From Ignavibacteria bacterium (GTDB lineage Bacteria; Bacteroidota; Ignavibacteria; Ch128b), in NCBI GenBank assembly GCA_016873845.1, contig VGVX01000002.1, positions 9,444-73,443 of the forward strand: a DNA stretch of 64,000 nucleotides, given 5' to 3'. The translations under genes were made by a program, and so were the position numbers. Positions 39,596 to 49,684 of this stretch are shown one piece after another. Each line of letters starts with the position of its first letter. The first letter of the stretch is position 1. Under the pieces are notes generated by a model. That model did no database searches, was not told the origin of the DNA, and saw only the letters and a list, made by a program, of their open reading frames with translations.

Positions 39596-40630
39596 TTAAT
39601 TTAGAAGTTCAGTCAAATTTCTTGTTTCAATTTTGTCGATTCGTTTGGCTTCTTTTCCTGTTTTCACTTCTTTCATTTTAAGTGTCATTTCGAAGGAAAC
39701 ATCGGATACCGCACGCTTAATGCATTTTCGATCAAGATCGAAATACAATTTTCCTGAGCCGGATGTTTTTGGTTTTTCGAAATTATAATTCACGCCTTGT
39801 TCGCTGAATTCACTTTTACCTTTGGATTTGACGGTCAGTTGTGCATCAACCTCGGCCAGTTTTGAATTATCTTTTTCATAAAAGTTTTTCAACTTGTATT
39901 GAGCGACATTTTCCATTTCAAAAACGGAAATTTGAGATGGATAATTGAGCGTCCAGCTTGAGTCGATATTCATTTTTTTATCAGTTGTGTTTTTGAAAAT
40001 TTGCTGAACTAATGGTCGAATTACAGCTTGCTGAATGTCATTTCTTAACTGAGCTTTTTCAGCTGCTGTAGGTTCTTTTGGTGCCTCTTTTACTATCTTT
40101 TCTAAAATCTTATCGGTTTTAAAAATGTCGAGAATCTCACCGGTTGAAGATATTCTTGCAGCAAAATCAACTCCAGCTAAGACATCAAAATTCATGTACT
40201 TTCGTTTCTCGAGAGAATCAGTCGGTGGCGTTTTCGAATCATAAGTTAACTTTTCTCCGAGACTGCTTTCACCTTTGGCTTTAATTCGTTCACAGAAAAA
40301 ATCGAGTGATAGATTTCCTGATTCATCCTTGTCATTGACTTTCACATTGAAGTAATATTCGATGTCTTGGGTCATCGATTGCGACATTGTAGTATCTGAA
40401 ATAATAGATTGAATCGATTTGTTATAATTCCGCATCTTGTATTTAAGAGTTGTCCCCTTTTTTATATCATAAAGCAGATGAACACCATCCTCGATTTGTA
40501 CTGGTGCCGAAAGTGATATTTCACTTGTGGATATAGAATCTTCGCTCCTTGGTTCTTCTTGTTTGGTATCACTTCCGCATCCAAAAAAAAGCAAAAAAGT
40601 AGATACTGCAATTGCTAATAATGATTTCAT
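39596..40630 (-). CDS. Hypothetical lipoprotein
   Basis: Lipobox 'LLFFGCGSD'. It is lysine-rich and no motif was recognised. Confidence 0.4.
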   Translation of the reverse strand: MKSLLAIAVSTFLLFFGCGSDTKQEEPRSEDSISTSEISLSAPVQIEDGVHLLYDIKKGTTLKYKMRNYNKSIQSIISDTTMSQSMTQDIEYYFNVKVNDKDESGNLSLDFFCERIKAKGESSLGEKLTYDSKTPPTDSLEKRKYMNFDVLAGVDFAARISSTGEILDIFKTDKILEKIVKEAPKEPTAAEKAQLRNDIQQAVIRPLVQQIFKNTTDKKMNIDSSWTLNYPSQISVFEMENVAQYKLKNFYEKDNSKLAEVDAQLTVKSKGKSEFSEQGVNYNFEKPKTSGSGKLYFDLDRKCIKRAVSDVSFEMTLKMKEVKTGKEAKRIDKIETRNLTELLN

Positions 40631-40657
40631 TTTTCCTCTATTCGTTTTTTTTTCAAA

Positions 40658-41881
40658 TTAATTGTAGAAAAGATATTTCTCTCTAATTTTGATAAAGTTA
40701 GTTAACTCACTTTCCCAAGAACCAAGAATATCTTCTGGTGTTTTCCCTGCAAGAATTTTATCGATAATTGAGTCATCTCCCATCAATCGATTGAAGCGGG
40801 TGGTATCAAATTTGAACTCACTTTTATGAAGTGAATTAATTAAATAAATAATAGTTATTCCCAATTTAACAGCTTCAACTTCCTGCGGATCAGTTACCTG
40901 AATTTGAAGGCCTTTACACGGTTTATCTTTGTATTTGGGATTTGCATTCATGTTTTTTATTGCTACAGGTGTAAATGATATTGAGTTAAATTTTACACCT
41001 TTCAAATCAGTTTGCTGCAACTCTTTAATCAATCTATCAGAGTCTATGTAGGGGGCACCGATCGTTAAAAATGGTTTTAATGTTCCTCTCCCTTCGGAAA
41101 CATTTGTTCCTTCAATTAAGCACAAGCCTGGATAAATCAGTGCAGCTTCTGAACTGACCATATTTGGTGAAGGATTAATCCAATTCATACCTGTTTGGTC
41201 AAATAATTGTGAACGACTCCAGTTTCTAACTTTTATTACAGTTAGATCTGCTTTAACATTATTTTCAAACCACCCCTCATCATTGAACATCATTGCTAAT
41301 TCTCCAACAGTCATTCCATGTTGTACTGGAATTGGTTGAATTCCAACAAATGATTTTACATTTGGTTTGAGGATCGGCCCTGCGACTTTTACTCCACCAA
41401 TAGGATTCGGTCTATCACATACAATGAACTTAATATTATTTTCTGCCGCTGCTTCGATGCAATTGTTTAATGTGCTAATGTACGTATAGAATCGAGCACC
41501 GACATCTTGAATATCAAAGATCAAAACATCGATCCCTTTTAACATGTCTTTAGTTGGTTTTCGTATATCACCGTAAAGAGAATAAATTGTTATGCCAGTT
41601 AGCGCATCAATGGAATTATTAATTATACTTCCATCAGGAATATCTCCACGGATCCCATGTTCGGGTCCAAATAGCGCAACGATATTCACTTTTTTCATTT
41701 CAAAAAGATGATCTACAAAATGTTTTCCACTTGGAATTACACTCGTATGATTTGTGATGATACCAATATTTTTATTTTCGATAAGATGAAATTGATCTGA
41801 GATAAGGCTTTCAATTCCAATTAAGACTTTTGAATAGGAAAAAATCGGGATTAGCAGAAATAAAAAAATATACGTTTTCAT
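40658..41881 (-). CDS. DUF1343-family secreted protein, possibly an exo-beta-N-acetylmuramidase (NamZ-like)
   Basis: A signal peptide precedes 'FGPEHGIRGD' and the overall length and pattern are reminiscent of DUF1343/YbbC. Recognition is from memory only. Confidence 0.5.
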   Translation of the reverse strand: MKTYIFLFLLIPIFSYSKVLIGIESLISDQFHLIENKNIGIITNHTSVIPSGKHFVDHLFEMKKVNIVALFGPEHGIRGDIPDGSIINNSIDALTGITIYSLYGDIRKPTKDMLKGIDVLIFDIQDVGARFYTYISTLNNCIEAAAENNIKFIVCDRPNPIGGVKVAGPILKPNVKSFVGIQPIPVQHGMTVGELAMMFNDEGWFENNVKADLTVIKVRNWSRSQLFDQTGMNWINPSPNMVSSEAALIYPGLCLIEGTNVSEGRGTLKPFLTIGAPYIDSDRLIKELQQTDLKGVKFNSISFTPVAIKNMNANPKYKDKPCKGLQIQVTDPQEVEAVKLGITIIYLINSLHKSEFKFDTTRFNRLMGDDSIIDKILAGKTPEDILGSWESELTNFIKIREKYLFYN

Positions 41882-42420
41882 TTTCGTTCTCTGATTTTAG
41901 TTTTATAAAACGTCCACGCTGAGATCGTCATCCCATCCCAGATTTCATTGGTGAGTACTTTTTTATCTATATCATCTTCAGTAAGCTCATGAATAATAAA
42001 TTTCTCTGTTTCATCTGGCAAGGAACCAAAGTTTTTCAGTTGATTAGCGAAATAAACAGTGCAGATTTCATCTCCGACACCATTGTAAGGAGAAAAAAAT
42101 CCAATTTCGACCAAACTTTCGGTGGAATAACCCGTCTCTTCGACCAATTCTTTTTTAGCGTTTTCAATTTTTGAAAACTCTTTCTCTATTGACCCGCAAG
42201 GGAACTCGAGACTGAACATGTCATTCAAATATCTGTACTGTTCAACAAGTAAGAATTTTCCATTCTCAAGCTGCGGAACGATCATAGTTGATCCAAGAGT
42301 GTGGACATAATGATATTCAAATTCCTTTGAACCATCGATAGTAAATTGATCAATCAAATAAGTCCAATACTTATTCTCATACTTCATCATAGAAGAAATT
42401 TTTTTCCAGCGAGTCAGCAT
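41878..42420 (-). CDS. NUDIX hydrolase (ADP-ribose pyrophosphatase-like)
   Basis: Nudix box 'GSIEKEFSKIENAKKELVEETGY' (GX5EX7REUXEEXGU). Confidence 0.75.
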   Translation of the reverse strand: MLTRWKKISSMMKYENKYWTYLIDQFTIDGSKEFEYHYVHTLGSTMIVPQLENGKFLLVEQYRYLNDMFSLEFPCGSIEKEFSKIENAKKELVEETGYSTESLVEIGFFSPYNGVGDEICTVYFANQLKNFGSLPDETEKFIIHELTEDDIDKKVLTNEIWDGMTISAWTFYKTKIRERK

Positions 42421-42425
42421 CCAAG

Positions 42426-42842
42426 TTATCCTAGAAGCTCGTTTCTTGAAAAAAAGTGACTAATCTCAACTTTCCCATTTTCCACAGAGTCAGAGCCATG
42501 CACAATATTTTCTTGCTTGCTGGAAGCAAAAAGTTTTCGGATTGTTCCTTCTTTAGCTTCGGCAGGATCAGTTGCTCCAATTAATCCTCGGAAATCGGCT
42601 ACAGCATTTTCCTTTTCGAGAGCAATGGGAACGCAGAATCCGGAAGTCATGAATTCAACAAGATCCTTATAAAACAGTCTTTCTTTATGAACCACATAAA
42701 ATTCTTGAGCACTTTCTTTAGAGAGTTGAATCATTTTCATTCCAACTATTTTGAAATTCGCATCAACGATTTTATCGATAACTTTTCCAATAAGATTTTT
42801 CTTAACACAATCGGGTTTTAGGATTGCAAGAGTTCGTTCCAA
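42426..42842 (-). CDS. ndk: Nucleoside diphosphate kinase
   Basis: '[10 protein letters not shown]' and 'NIVHGSDS' (active-site His) are present. Length is 138 aa. Confidence 0.9.
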   Translation of the reverse strand: MERTLAILKPDCVKKNLIGKVIDKIVDANFKIVGMKMIQLSKESAQEFYVVHKERLFYKDLVEFMTSGFCVPIALEKENAVADFRGLIGATDPAEAKEGTIRKLFASSKQENIVHGSDSVENGKVEISHFFSRNELLG

Positions 42843-42851
42843 ATTATTCTC

Positions 42852-43805
42852 CTATTTCTTTCTTGTTTGCTTTTTTTTCTTCGTTTGAACTTTCTTTTTA
42901 CTAATAACACTTTTCTTCTTTGGTTTTGATTTAGTTTTCGATAGGACTTTTTTCATCGTAATGCCAATTTCGGCAGGGCTTTCTACGACATGAATTCCTG
43001 CTTTTTTCATTGCTGCCATTTTTTCTGCAGCAGTTCCCTTTCCACCTGAGATGATTGCACCGGCATGTCCCATTCTTCTTCCGGGAGGGGCAGTTCTTCC
43101 GGCAATAAATCCAACCACCGGTTTCTTAACATTTTTTTTGATGTAAGCTGCAGCTTCCTCTTCCGCAGAACCTCCAATCTCACCGATCATCACGATAGCT
43201 TCTGTGTTCTTATCTTCGTTGAATAATTTAATTATGTCAAGAAATGATGAGCCAATGATTGGATCGCCGCCAATCCCAACGCATGTAGATTGTCCAATTC
43301 CGAGTTCTGTCAGCTGTTTCACAGCTTCGTAAGTTAAAGTTCCGCTTCGTGAAACTAATCCAACTTTTCCTTTTTTGTGAATGAAGCCGGGCATTATTCC
43401 AAGTTTACATTCACCTGGTGTTATAACTCCCGGACAGTTTGGCCCAACAAGATGAACTCCTAATCTCTTTATCACATTATAAACAGCAATCATATCCTTT
43501 GCAGGAATACCTTCAGTAATACAAATAATAACTTTAATTCCGGCATAAGCTGATTCTAGGATTGCATCTGGGGCGAAAGCTGGAGGTACGAAAATTACTG
43601 CAGTGTCTGCTTTTTGATTTTTCACAGCTTCACTAACGGTATTATAAATTGGAACATTCTGAAAATTTTGTCCTCCTTTTCCAGGTACAACACCCGCCAC
43701 TACTTTCGTTCCATACTCGATCATTTGAGTAGTATGAAATGAACCTTCACCGCCGGTAATTCCTTGAACAACAACACGGGATTTTTTATTAACTAAAATA
43801 CTCAT
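42852..43805 (-). CDS. sucD: Succinate-CoA ligase subunit alpha, with a lysine-rich C-terminal extension of about 30 aa
   Basis: '[34 protein letters not shown]', 'SRSGTLTYE' and the phospho-His loop 'RMGHAGAI' are SucD motifs. The tail '[33 protein letters not shown]' follows the normal SucD end. Confidence 0.9.
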   Translation of the reverse strand: MSILVNKKSRVVVQGITGGEGSFHTTQMIEYGTKVVAGVVPGKGGQNFQNVPIYNTVSEAVKNQKADTAVIFVPPAFAPDAILESAYAGIKVIICITEGIPAKDMIAVYNVIKRLGVHLVGPNCPGVITPGECKLGIMPGFIHKKGKVGLVSRSGTLTYEAVKQLTELGIGQSTCVGIGGDPIIGSSFLDIIKLFNEDKNTEAIVMIGEIGGSAEEEAAAYIKKNVKKPVVGFIAGRTAPPGRRMGHAGAIISGGKGTAAEKMAAMKKAGIHVVESPAEIGITMKKVLSKTKSKPKKKSVISKKKVQTKKKKQTRKK

Positions 43806-43822
43806 TCTAATTTCCTATAATT

Positions 43823-45229
43823 TTAATTCGTTTTAATTTTTTGTTCGATGAAATAACTAATTCTTAATAAAATTTCTTCGTTAAAATGATTTGACATTAC
43901 TTGCATTCCGATTGGCAGGTTGTCCGAATTAATTCCAATTGGGATATTCATTCCAGGAATTCCAGCCAAGTTCGCAGAAGTTGTATAGATATCGTTTAGA
44001 TACATTTCAAGCGGATCAGTTACTTTCTCACCTAATTTAAATGCGGCAGTTGGCGTTGTTGGAGTAATTAGACACTCAACTTTCTTGAATACGTTATTGA
44101 AATCATTTTGGATTAATCTTCTTACTTTCTGTCCTTTAAGATAATATGCATCGTAATATCCTGAAGAAAGTACATATGTACCAAGCATAATTCTTCTTTT
44201 TACTTCTTTTCCTAAACCTTTAGTTCGCGAACCGATATACATTTGCTGGATATCTTTTGAATCAAACCGCTTTCCATATCGAGCACCGTCGTAGCGAGCG
44301 AGATTTGCAGAAGCTTCTGCAGTGGTTAGAATATAATATGCTGCAATCGAGTATTCAGTGTGTGGAAGCGATACTTCCAATATCTCACATCCATCTTTCG
44401 ATAAAAGATCGATTTGATTCTGAATTGCAATACGGATCTCATCATTTAATCCGGATTGAAAATATTCTTTCGGTATTCCAATCTTAATTCCCTTAACTCC
44501 TGCCGATATTAATTTTGAAAATTCAGGAACCGACTTCTCATCTGAGGTAGCGTCTTTTTCGTCTTTGCCAGATATTACCTCAAGTATATCAGCACAATCA
44601 TAAGTGCTGTTCGCAATCGGTCCAATACAATCGAACGACGATGCGAATGCAACTAATCCGTAGCGCGAAACTCTTCCATAAGTCGGCTTTAAACCATATA
44701 CACCGCAGAATGCAGCTGGTTGTCTGATAGACCCGCCAGTATCAGTTCCTAGTGCAGCATCGCATAAATTCGCTGAAACTGCTGCAGCCGAACCTCCGCT
44801 CGAACCACCTGGAACATGCATCAAGTTTTTTGGATTTGATACAGCACCGAACGCAGAATTTTCATTCGATGAGCCCATAGCGAATTCATCGCAATTGGTT
44901 ATACCGATTAATACAGCATCTTCCATTAACAATTTTTCAACAACGGTAGAATTATAAAGTGAATGAAATCCTTTTAATATGGCTGAAGAGCAAGTTAGTT
45001 CAGAATCTTTAGCTGCAATCAAATCTTTCACTACTATGACTTTGCCGGCAAGTTTTCCGACCTCGTGACCAGAATTAAATTTATTTTGAATTCTCTCAGC
45101 AGAATGCAATGCGGCATGTTCGAGCAGATTATTAAATGCATTAAGATTCTGATTCGATTTAATTTTTGAGAGATAGGTTTTTGTTCTCTCTGGCAGAGAC
45201 TGTGTTTCGAGAATATGTAATCCGACCAC
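43823..45229 (-). CDS. gatA: Amidase-signature enzyme, most likely Glu-tRNA(Gln)/Asp-tRNA(Asn) amidotransferase subunit A
   Basis: 'GGSSGGSAAAVSA' is the amidase signature. 'GTDTGGSIRQPAAFCG' is also present. The 468 aa length is typical of GatA. Confidence 0.75.
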   Translation of the reverse strand: MVGLHILETQSLPERTKTYLSKIKSNQNLNAFNNLLEHAALHSAERIQNKFNSGHEVGKLAGKVIVVKDLIAAKDSELTCSSAILKGFHSLYNSTVVEKLLMEDAVLIGITNCDEFAMGSSNENSAFGAVSNPKNLMHVPGGSSGGSAAAVSANLCDAALGTDTGGSIRQPAAFCGVYGLKPTYGRVSRYGLVAFASSFDCIGPIANSTYDCADILEVISGKDEKDATSDEKSVPEFSKLISAGVKGIKIGIPKEYFQSGLNDEIRIAIQNQIDLLSKDGCEILEVSLPHTEYSIAAYYILTTAEASANLARYDGARYGKRFDSKDIQQMYIGSRTKGLGKEVKRRIMLGTYVLSSGYYDAYYLKGQKVRRLIQNDFNNVFKKVECLITPTTPTAAFKLGEKVTDPLEMYLNDIYTTSANLAGIPGMNIPIGINSDNLPIGMQVMSNHFNEEILLRISYFIEQKIKTN

Positions 45230-45253
45230 TTATAAACTATTATTACAGTAATG

Positions 45254-45454
45254 TTAAGATTTTTTATTTTCCCCTGAAGAAATCTTTTTATCTTCAGCAC
45301 TGATATCTTCTTCAATATCTTTCATTGATTTTTTAAATTCGCGGATTCCTTTTCCAAGCCCTTGTGCAAGCTCTGGGATTTTTTTTGCTCCGAATAAAAC
45401 TAAGACTACTAATAGTATAAGAATTATTTCAGGGGCGCCAATGTTACCAAACAT
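45254..45454 (-). CDS. tatA: Twin-arginine translocase subunit TatA/E
   Basis: '[42 protein letters not shown]'. Confidence 0.85.
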   Translation of the reverse strand: MFGNIGAPEIILILLVVLVLFGAKKIPELAQGLGKGIREFKKSMKDIEEDISAEDKKISSGENKKS

Positions 45455-45465
45455 TATTTTATCCT

Positions 45466-46152
45466 TTAATTATTGTTAAAAATTGATTCAAAAATTTTTA
45501 TTCCATCCGTACTGCCGAGAATCGATTCGCTGCATCTTTCCGGATGGGGCATAAGACCGAAAACATTTTTCTTTTCATTGCAAATTCCCGCAATATTTGC
45601 TACAGAACCATTTGGATTTGAATCTGGTGTAATATTTCCGTGTCTGTCACAATATTTTAGCAAAATTTGTTCATTCTTTTCAAGTGAGACTAAAGTCTCT
45701 TCTTCGGTGAAGTAGCATCCATCACCATGGGCAATAGGGAACTTGACTACCTCATTAGAATGGAAATTTTTAGTGAAAGATGTTTTATTATTCTCCACCC
45801 TTAAAAAAGTATCAAAGCATTTGAATCTTAAGTTCTCATTCTTGATTAAAACTCCGGGCAAAAGATTACTTTCACACAGAATTTGAAAACCGTTACAAAT
45901 TCCAATTACAATGCCGCCGTTTATTGCAAATGCAATAACTTCTTGCATGATAGGAGTGAATCGTGCAATCGAACCAGTTCGTAAATAATCCCCGTAAGAA
46001 AATCCACCGGGCAAAACTATTGCATCGCAATTCTGCAAGGAATCCTCTTTATGAAATAAAAAGACAGTTTCAGCTTTTAGAATTCTTTTTAATACATGAA
46101 AAGAATCATAATCACAATTAGATCCTGGAAAAATCACCACTCCAAACTTCAT
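45466..46152 (-). CDS. purQ: Phosphoribosylformylglycinamidine synthase, glutaminase subunit PurQ
   Basis: '[16 protein letters not shown]', '[10 protein letters not shown]' and the class-I GATase fold are present. Length is 228 aa. Confidence 0.9.
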   Translation of the reverse strand: MKFGVVIFPGSNCDYDSFHVLKRILKAETVFLFHKEDSLQNCDAIVLPGGFSYGDYLRTGSIARFTPIMQEVIAFAINGGIVIGICNGFQILCESNLLPGVLIKNENLRFKCFDTFLRVENNKTSFTKNFHSNEVVKFPIAHGDGCYFTEEETLVSLEKNEQILLKYCDRHGNITPDSNPNGSVANIAGICNEKKNVFGLMPHPERCSESILGSTDGIKIFESIFNNN

Positions 46153-46397
46153 AATTCAATAAGCTCGTAGGTAAAATCTTCGAGGTGGGAATTGGCGAGA
46201 AGATCATTGCAAACTTTTTCGATTGATTGTACAGCACTGGCATAAACAGAATCATTGATTTTAAGCTCAATGTATTTATCAATTCGTACATCCGAAATAT
46301 TTTCCAAGCCTATGGATTTAATTCCTAATTCAACCGCTTTACCTTGTGGGTCAAGAATCGAACGTCTTCTTGTAATAAATATCTTCGCCAAAAACAT
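46149..46397 (-). CDS. purS: Phosphoribosylformylglycinamidine synthase subunit PurS
   Basis: 82 aa. '[10 protein letters not shown]' is the PurS motif. There is a 4 nt overlap with purQ. Confidence 0.85.
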   Translation of the reverse strand: MFLAKIFITRRRSILDPQGKAVELGIKSIGLENISDVRIDKYIELKINDSVYASAVQSIEKVCNDLLANSHLEDFTYELIEL

Positions 46398-46399
46398 AA

Positions 46400-47185
46400 T
46401 TAAATATCAAAATTTGCAAATTCATCTAAATCATCCGAGGATTTTTCTTCACTCGATTTGAAAATCCATGCAATGATCGCTCGAACAATTCCATATAATA
46501 TAAATGCTGCGATTAAAAGAATAATCCATTTGCCTTCTGTTAAGATTGCAATTATAAATGCAGCAGTAAGGAAAAGAAAATAAAATGGTTTCGACTTGAA
46601 TTCGGCTAAATTGAATTTCGGGAAAGCATCATATTTAACTTGACTCACCATTAGAATACTGACAAGAATTACCAGTGGTAAAAAATAGAGGGAAGCATTC
46701 GATACAAATCTATTCACTTCATAAAATGATATGATATATGAAGCTACAGTTATGGCGGATAATGGACTTGGTAGTCCATAGAAAAATGCTTTGTCAAATC
46801 CTATTAATTGGACATTGAACCTTGCAAGTCTGAGAGCGACGCAAATTAAATAGAATGCACTAATTAAAACTCCGACTTCATAAAAGGATTTTAAATGAAT
46901 GTTGTATATCAAAAATGCCGGTGCCGCTCCGAAGGAAATTACATCGGATAATGAATCCAATTCTACACCAAATTCACTTGCTGATTTTGTGATGCGAGCC
47001 GCTAATCCATCCAGTAGATCAAATATTGCTGCAACAACAATTAAAACCGAAGCATATACAAAATTTCCCTCAAATGAATTAATAATTGAGAGAAATCCGC
47101 AAAACATATTCATCAAAGTGAATAAGTTCGGAATCAAAGATCGTGTGAGTTTAATTTGCATAAAGTTATTTGTTAAATCGAGCAA
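46400..47185 (-). CDS. pssA: CDP-diacylglycerol-serine O-phosphatidyltransferase (CDP-alcohol phosphatidyltransferase family)
   Basis: 'DLLDGLAARITKSASEFGVELDSLSD' matches DG-x2-AR-x8-G-x3-D-x3-D. It is adjacent to psd. Confidence 0.8.
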   Translation of the reverse strand: MLDLTNNFMQIKLTRSLIPNLFTLMNMFCGFLSIINSFEGNFVYASVLIVVAAIFDLLDGLAARITKSASEFGVELDSLSDVISFGAAPAFLIYNIHLKSFYEVGVLISAFYLICVALRLARFNVQLIGFDKAFFYGLPSPLSAITVASYIISFYEVNRFVSNASLYFLPLVILVSILMVSQVKYDAFPKFNLAEFKSKPFYFLFLTAAFIIAILTEGKWIILLIAAFILYGIVRAIIAWIFKSSEEKSSDDLDEFANFDI

Positions 47186-47816
47186 TTATGGTTTCGCCTG
47201 CATATACCTTCTGCTTCATCGCCACAAGCACTTCAGCAGATGCTGGCATATAGATATCAACCCGGCTGCCGAATTTTATCATTCCGAATCTTTCTCCTGC
47301 TTGAACTTCTTGTCCAATAGAAAGTGTGCAAACGATTCTTCGAGCGATAAATCCGGCAATTTGAGTGAATAAGATTTTACCGTAATCGCTCAACACTCCG
47401 ATATCCATTCGTTCATTTCTTTCAGAACTTTTGTCGTCAAAAGCTACTAGGTATTCACCTTTGTGATATTTTAAATAATCGATTTTTCCATCAACTGGTA
47501 TTCGATTTACATGGACATTTAATGGTGACATGAATATGCATACCTTTTTCGCTAAACCATTTAAATAGTTTTTTTCCTCAACTACGGAAATGTGGATTAT
47601 TTCACCATCTGCGGGCGAAATTAGTAGATTTTTTTCTGCTGGAGTAGTTCTGTCTGGATCTCTGAAGAAATTCAGTGTAAAGGCGAAAAAAATTACCGAA
47701 AGCACTATTAAAGTTTGCTTTATGTATGGATTAGAAATAAAAAAAGCAAGAGCTATTACCAGGAAAACAATCAGGGCAATTGTTCCTACTGTGGTGTAAC
47801 CATATTTTGTTATCAT
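47166..47816 (-). CDS. psd: Phosphatidylserine decarboxylase family proenzyme (short type)
   Basis: An N-terminal TM helix precedes 'FGMIKFGSRVDIY', the GS(T/R) self-cleavage region. It lies directly upstream of pssA. Confidence 0.7.
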   Translation of the reverse strand: MITKYGYTTVGTIALIVFLVIALAFFISNPYIKQTLIVLSVIFFAFTLNFFRDPDRTTPAEKNLLISPADGEIIHISVVEEKNYLNGLAKKVCIFMSPLNVHVNRIPVDGKIDYLKYHKGEYLVAFDDKSSERNERMDIGVLSDYGKILFTQIAGFIARRIVCTLSIGQEVQAGERFGMIKFGSRVDIYMPASAEVLVAMKQKVYAGETIIARFNK

Positions 47817-47822
47817 TGGTTA

Positions 47823-48560
47823 CTAATATATCAATTTTTGAAAGTTAATAAAAGATTCTTTTATCCTACGTGGAGAGTTAGTTTTGGCTTCCAATGGAGG
47901 AAAATCTCCTTTTGGAACTAATTTAATATTTTCATACCCAAATGTCGAAGTTAGAAAAATTCTATCTTGAAACTTTCCAAATTCTAAGTGAAATTCTGCG
48001 AGAGAATAGTCGCGTCTTTCAAAATATGATTTGAAAATTGCATTTACTTTAGATGCGATTCTCATCATCACTTTCGATTCGTCTAATGTTGCAATTTTGA
48101 ATGCCAGCAAATGTGATTCATTAATTAAGTTTTTTGCTGATCCATCGTAGTAAATTTCGAAAAGAGGGAAAGCTAAACTTTCTCCAATTTTAACTTTGAA
48201 CGTTTTGGCAATTGACTTATCTGGGTAATTCAACACTTTAAGCTGAATTGGCAGCTTTTCGTATTTCTGAACAATTATTTCATTCTTTGGTTTATCAATG
48301 AGAAATGAAGATGGAATGTTGTAACTGTTCAACAATTGGAAAAAGTGAACAGCACATTTCTGGTTGATCTCATCTATCCCGTTAATTTTTTTTGGTTTAA
48401 AGTTTAGCTCTGCTTCATTCTCAAAATGAATCAGAAAAGTATCTGGGATTAGGTTCTCGTAGACCTTCTTTCCAATTTCTTCATATATGACAGTTCTTTT
48501 TTTTCGTGTTCTCACGTAAACCCCTAAATTTGAAGGTGATAATATTAAATTCGATTTCAT
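47823..48560 (-). CDS. purC: SAICAR synthetase-like protein (divergent PurC)
   Basis: 'EFHLEFGKFQDRIFL' aligns with the PurC 'DFKLEFGLFKGEVVL' motif. 'EEIGKKVYEN' aligns with the N-terminal Gly/Lys ATP loop. Length is 245 aa, and it leads the purS-purQ cluster. Confidence 0.55.
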   Translation of the reverse strand: MKSNLILSPSNLGVYVRTRKKRTVIYEEIGKKVYENLIPDTFLIHFENEAELNFKPKKINGIDEINQKCAVHFFQLLNSYNIPSSFLIDKPKNEIIVQKYEKLPIQLKVLNYPDKSIAKTFKVKIGESLAFPLFEIYYDGSAKNLINESHLLAFKIATLDESKVMMRIASKVNAIFKSYFERRDYSLAEFHLEFGKFQDRIFLTSTFGYENIKLVPKGDFPPLEAKTNSPRRIKESFINFQKLIY

Positions 48561-48758
48561 TTGTCAATCGAAATCTTATAAGGTTATAATCTGAAATTAT
48601 CAAAATTGACAATTTTTGTCATTATTACGAAAAAAACGGGTAAAAATTCAGTTATAATTGATTTCAGCAACTTTTTTCATTATATTTGGCAGCCATTTTT
48701 GGCTACTTAATAAATTAGTTTAAGTATTTCAGTTATTTATTTTAATTAAAGGGAAAAA

Positions 48759-49085
48759 ATGAAGCCGAATCTGCAAGGAATGTTAAAGCAAGTGCAAAAA
48801 ATGCAAGAAGAAATGGAAAGAGTCCAACAAGAATTGAGTGAAAAAGTAATAACTGAAGAATCGGGTGGTGGATTAGTTAAAATCACTATGAACGGGAAGA
48901 AAGAAGTTGTTAATATCACTCTTGAAAAGGAAATTATTGATCCTTCCGATCCATCGATATTGGAAGATCTTTTAATTGCTGCTTTCAATAAAGCAATTGC
49001 TTCAGCTACGAAAATGTCAGAAGAAGAATTAGGAAAAGTAACAAAGGGAATGTTACCGCCAGGGATGAACATTCCTGGATTTTAA
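48759..49085 (+). CDS. ybaB: Nucleoid-associated protein YbaB/EbfC
   Basis: 'MLKQVQKMQEEMERVQQEL...ESGGGLVKITMNG' is present. Length is 108 aa. It lies immediately upstream of recR. Confidence 0.9.
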   Translation: MKPNLQGMLKQVQKMQEEMERVQQELSEKVITEESGGGLVKITMNGKKEVVNITLEKEIIDPSDPSILEDLLIAAFNKAIASATKMSEEELGKVTKGMLPPGMNIPGF

Positions 49086-49684
49086 TGTTAATCGCCGAAC
49101 CATTAGAAATAGCGATACAACAGTTGAGCAAGCTTCCGGGGATCGGAAGAAAAACAGCTTTACGACTCTCACTGTTTATTTTAAGACAGTCTCATTTAGA
49201 CATCGAAAATCTTACAAATTCCATTACAAATTTAAAAACGAATATTAAATTTTGTAAGAATTGTTTTAATCTTTCAACTGAAGAATTGTGTCCCATTTGT
49301 GACTCATCCAATCGTGACCGTGATATTATATGTATCGTTGAAGAAATAAACGATGTCATTGCAATTGAAAAAACCAATGAATACAAAGGTTTATACCATG
49401 TAATTGGTGGAGTGCTTTCACCTTTGGATGGAATAGGACCGGCTGATCTAAAAATCAAGGAACTTCTGGAACGAATTCAGAAGTTGAAACCTAAAGAAAT
49501 TATTCTTGCCATGAATCCAAATACTGAGGGAGAAGCAACGGCATTGTATATCGCAAACTTATTGCAAAACCAAGATTTTAGGATTTCGAGAATCGCACGA
49601 GGATTACCAATTGGCAGTGATTTAGAATTTGCCGATGAAGCAACCGTAACCCGCGCTTTAGAAGGAAGGATCGTTTTAAAGTGA
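49085..49684 (+). CDS. recR: Recombination protein RecR
   Basis: HhH 'LPGIGRKTALRL', C4 zinc finger 'CKNC...CPIC' and a Toprim domain are present. Confidence 0.9.
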   Translation: MLIAEPLEIAIQQLSKLPGIGRKTALRLSLFILRQSHLDIENLTNSITNLKTNIKFCKNCFNLSTEELCPICDSSNRDRDIICIVEEINDVIAIEKTNEYKGLYHVIGGVLSPLDGIGPADLKIKELLERIQKLKPKEIILAMNPNTEGEATALYIANLLQNQDFRISRIARGLPIGSDLEFADEATVTRALEGRIVLK

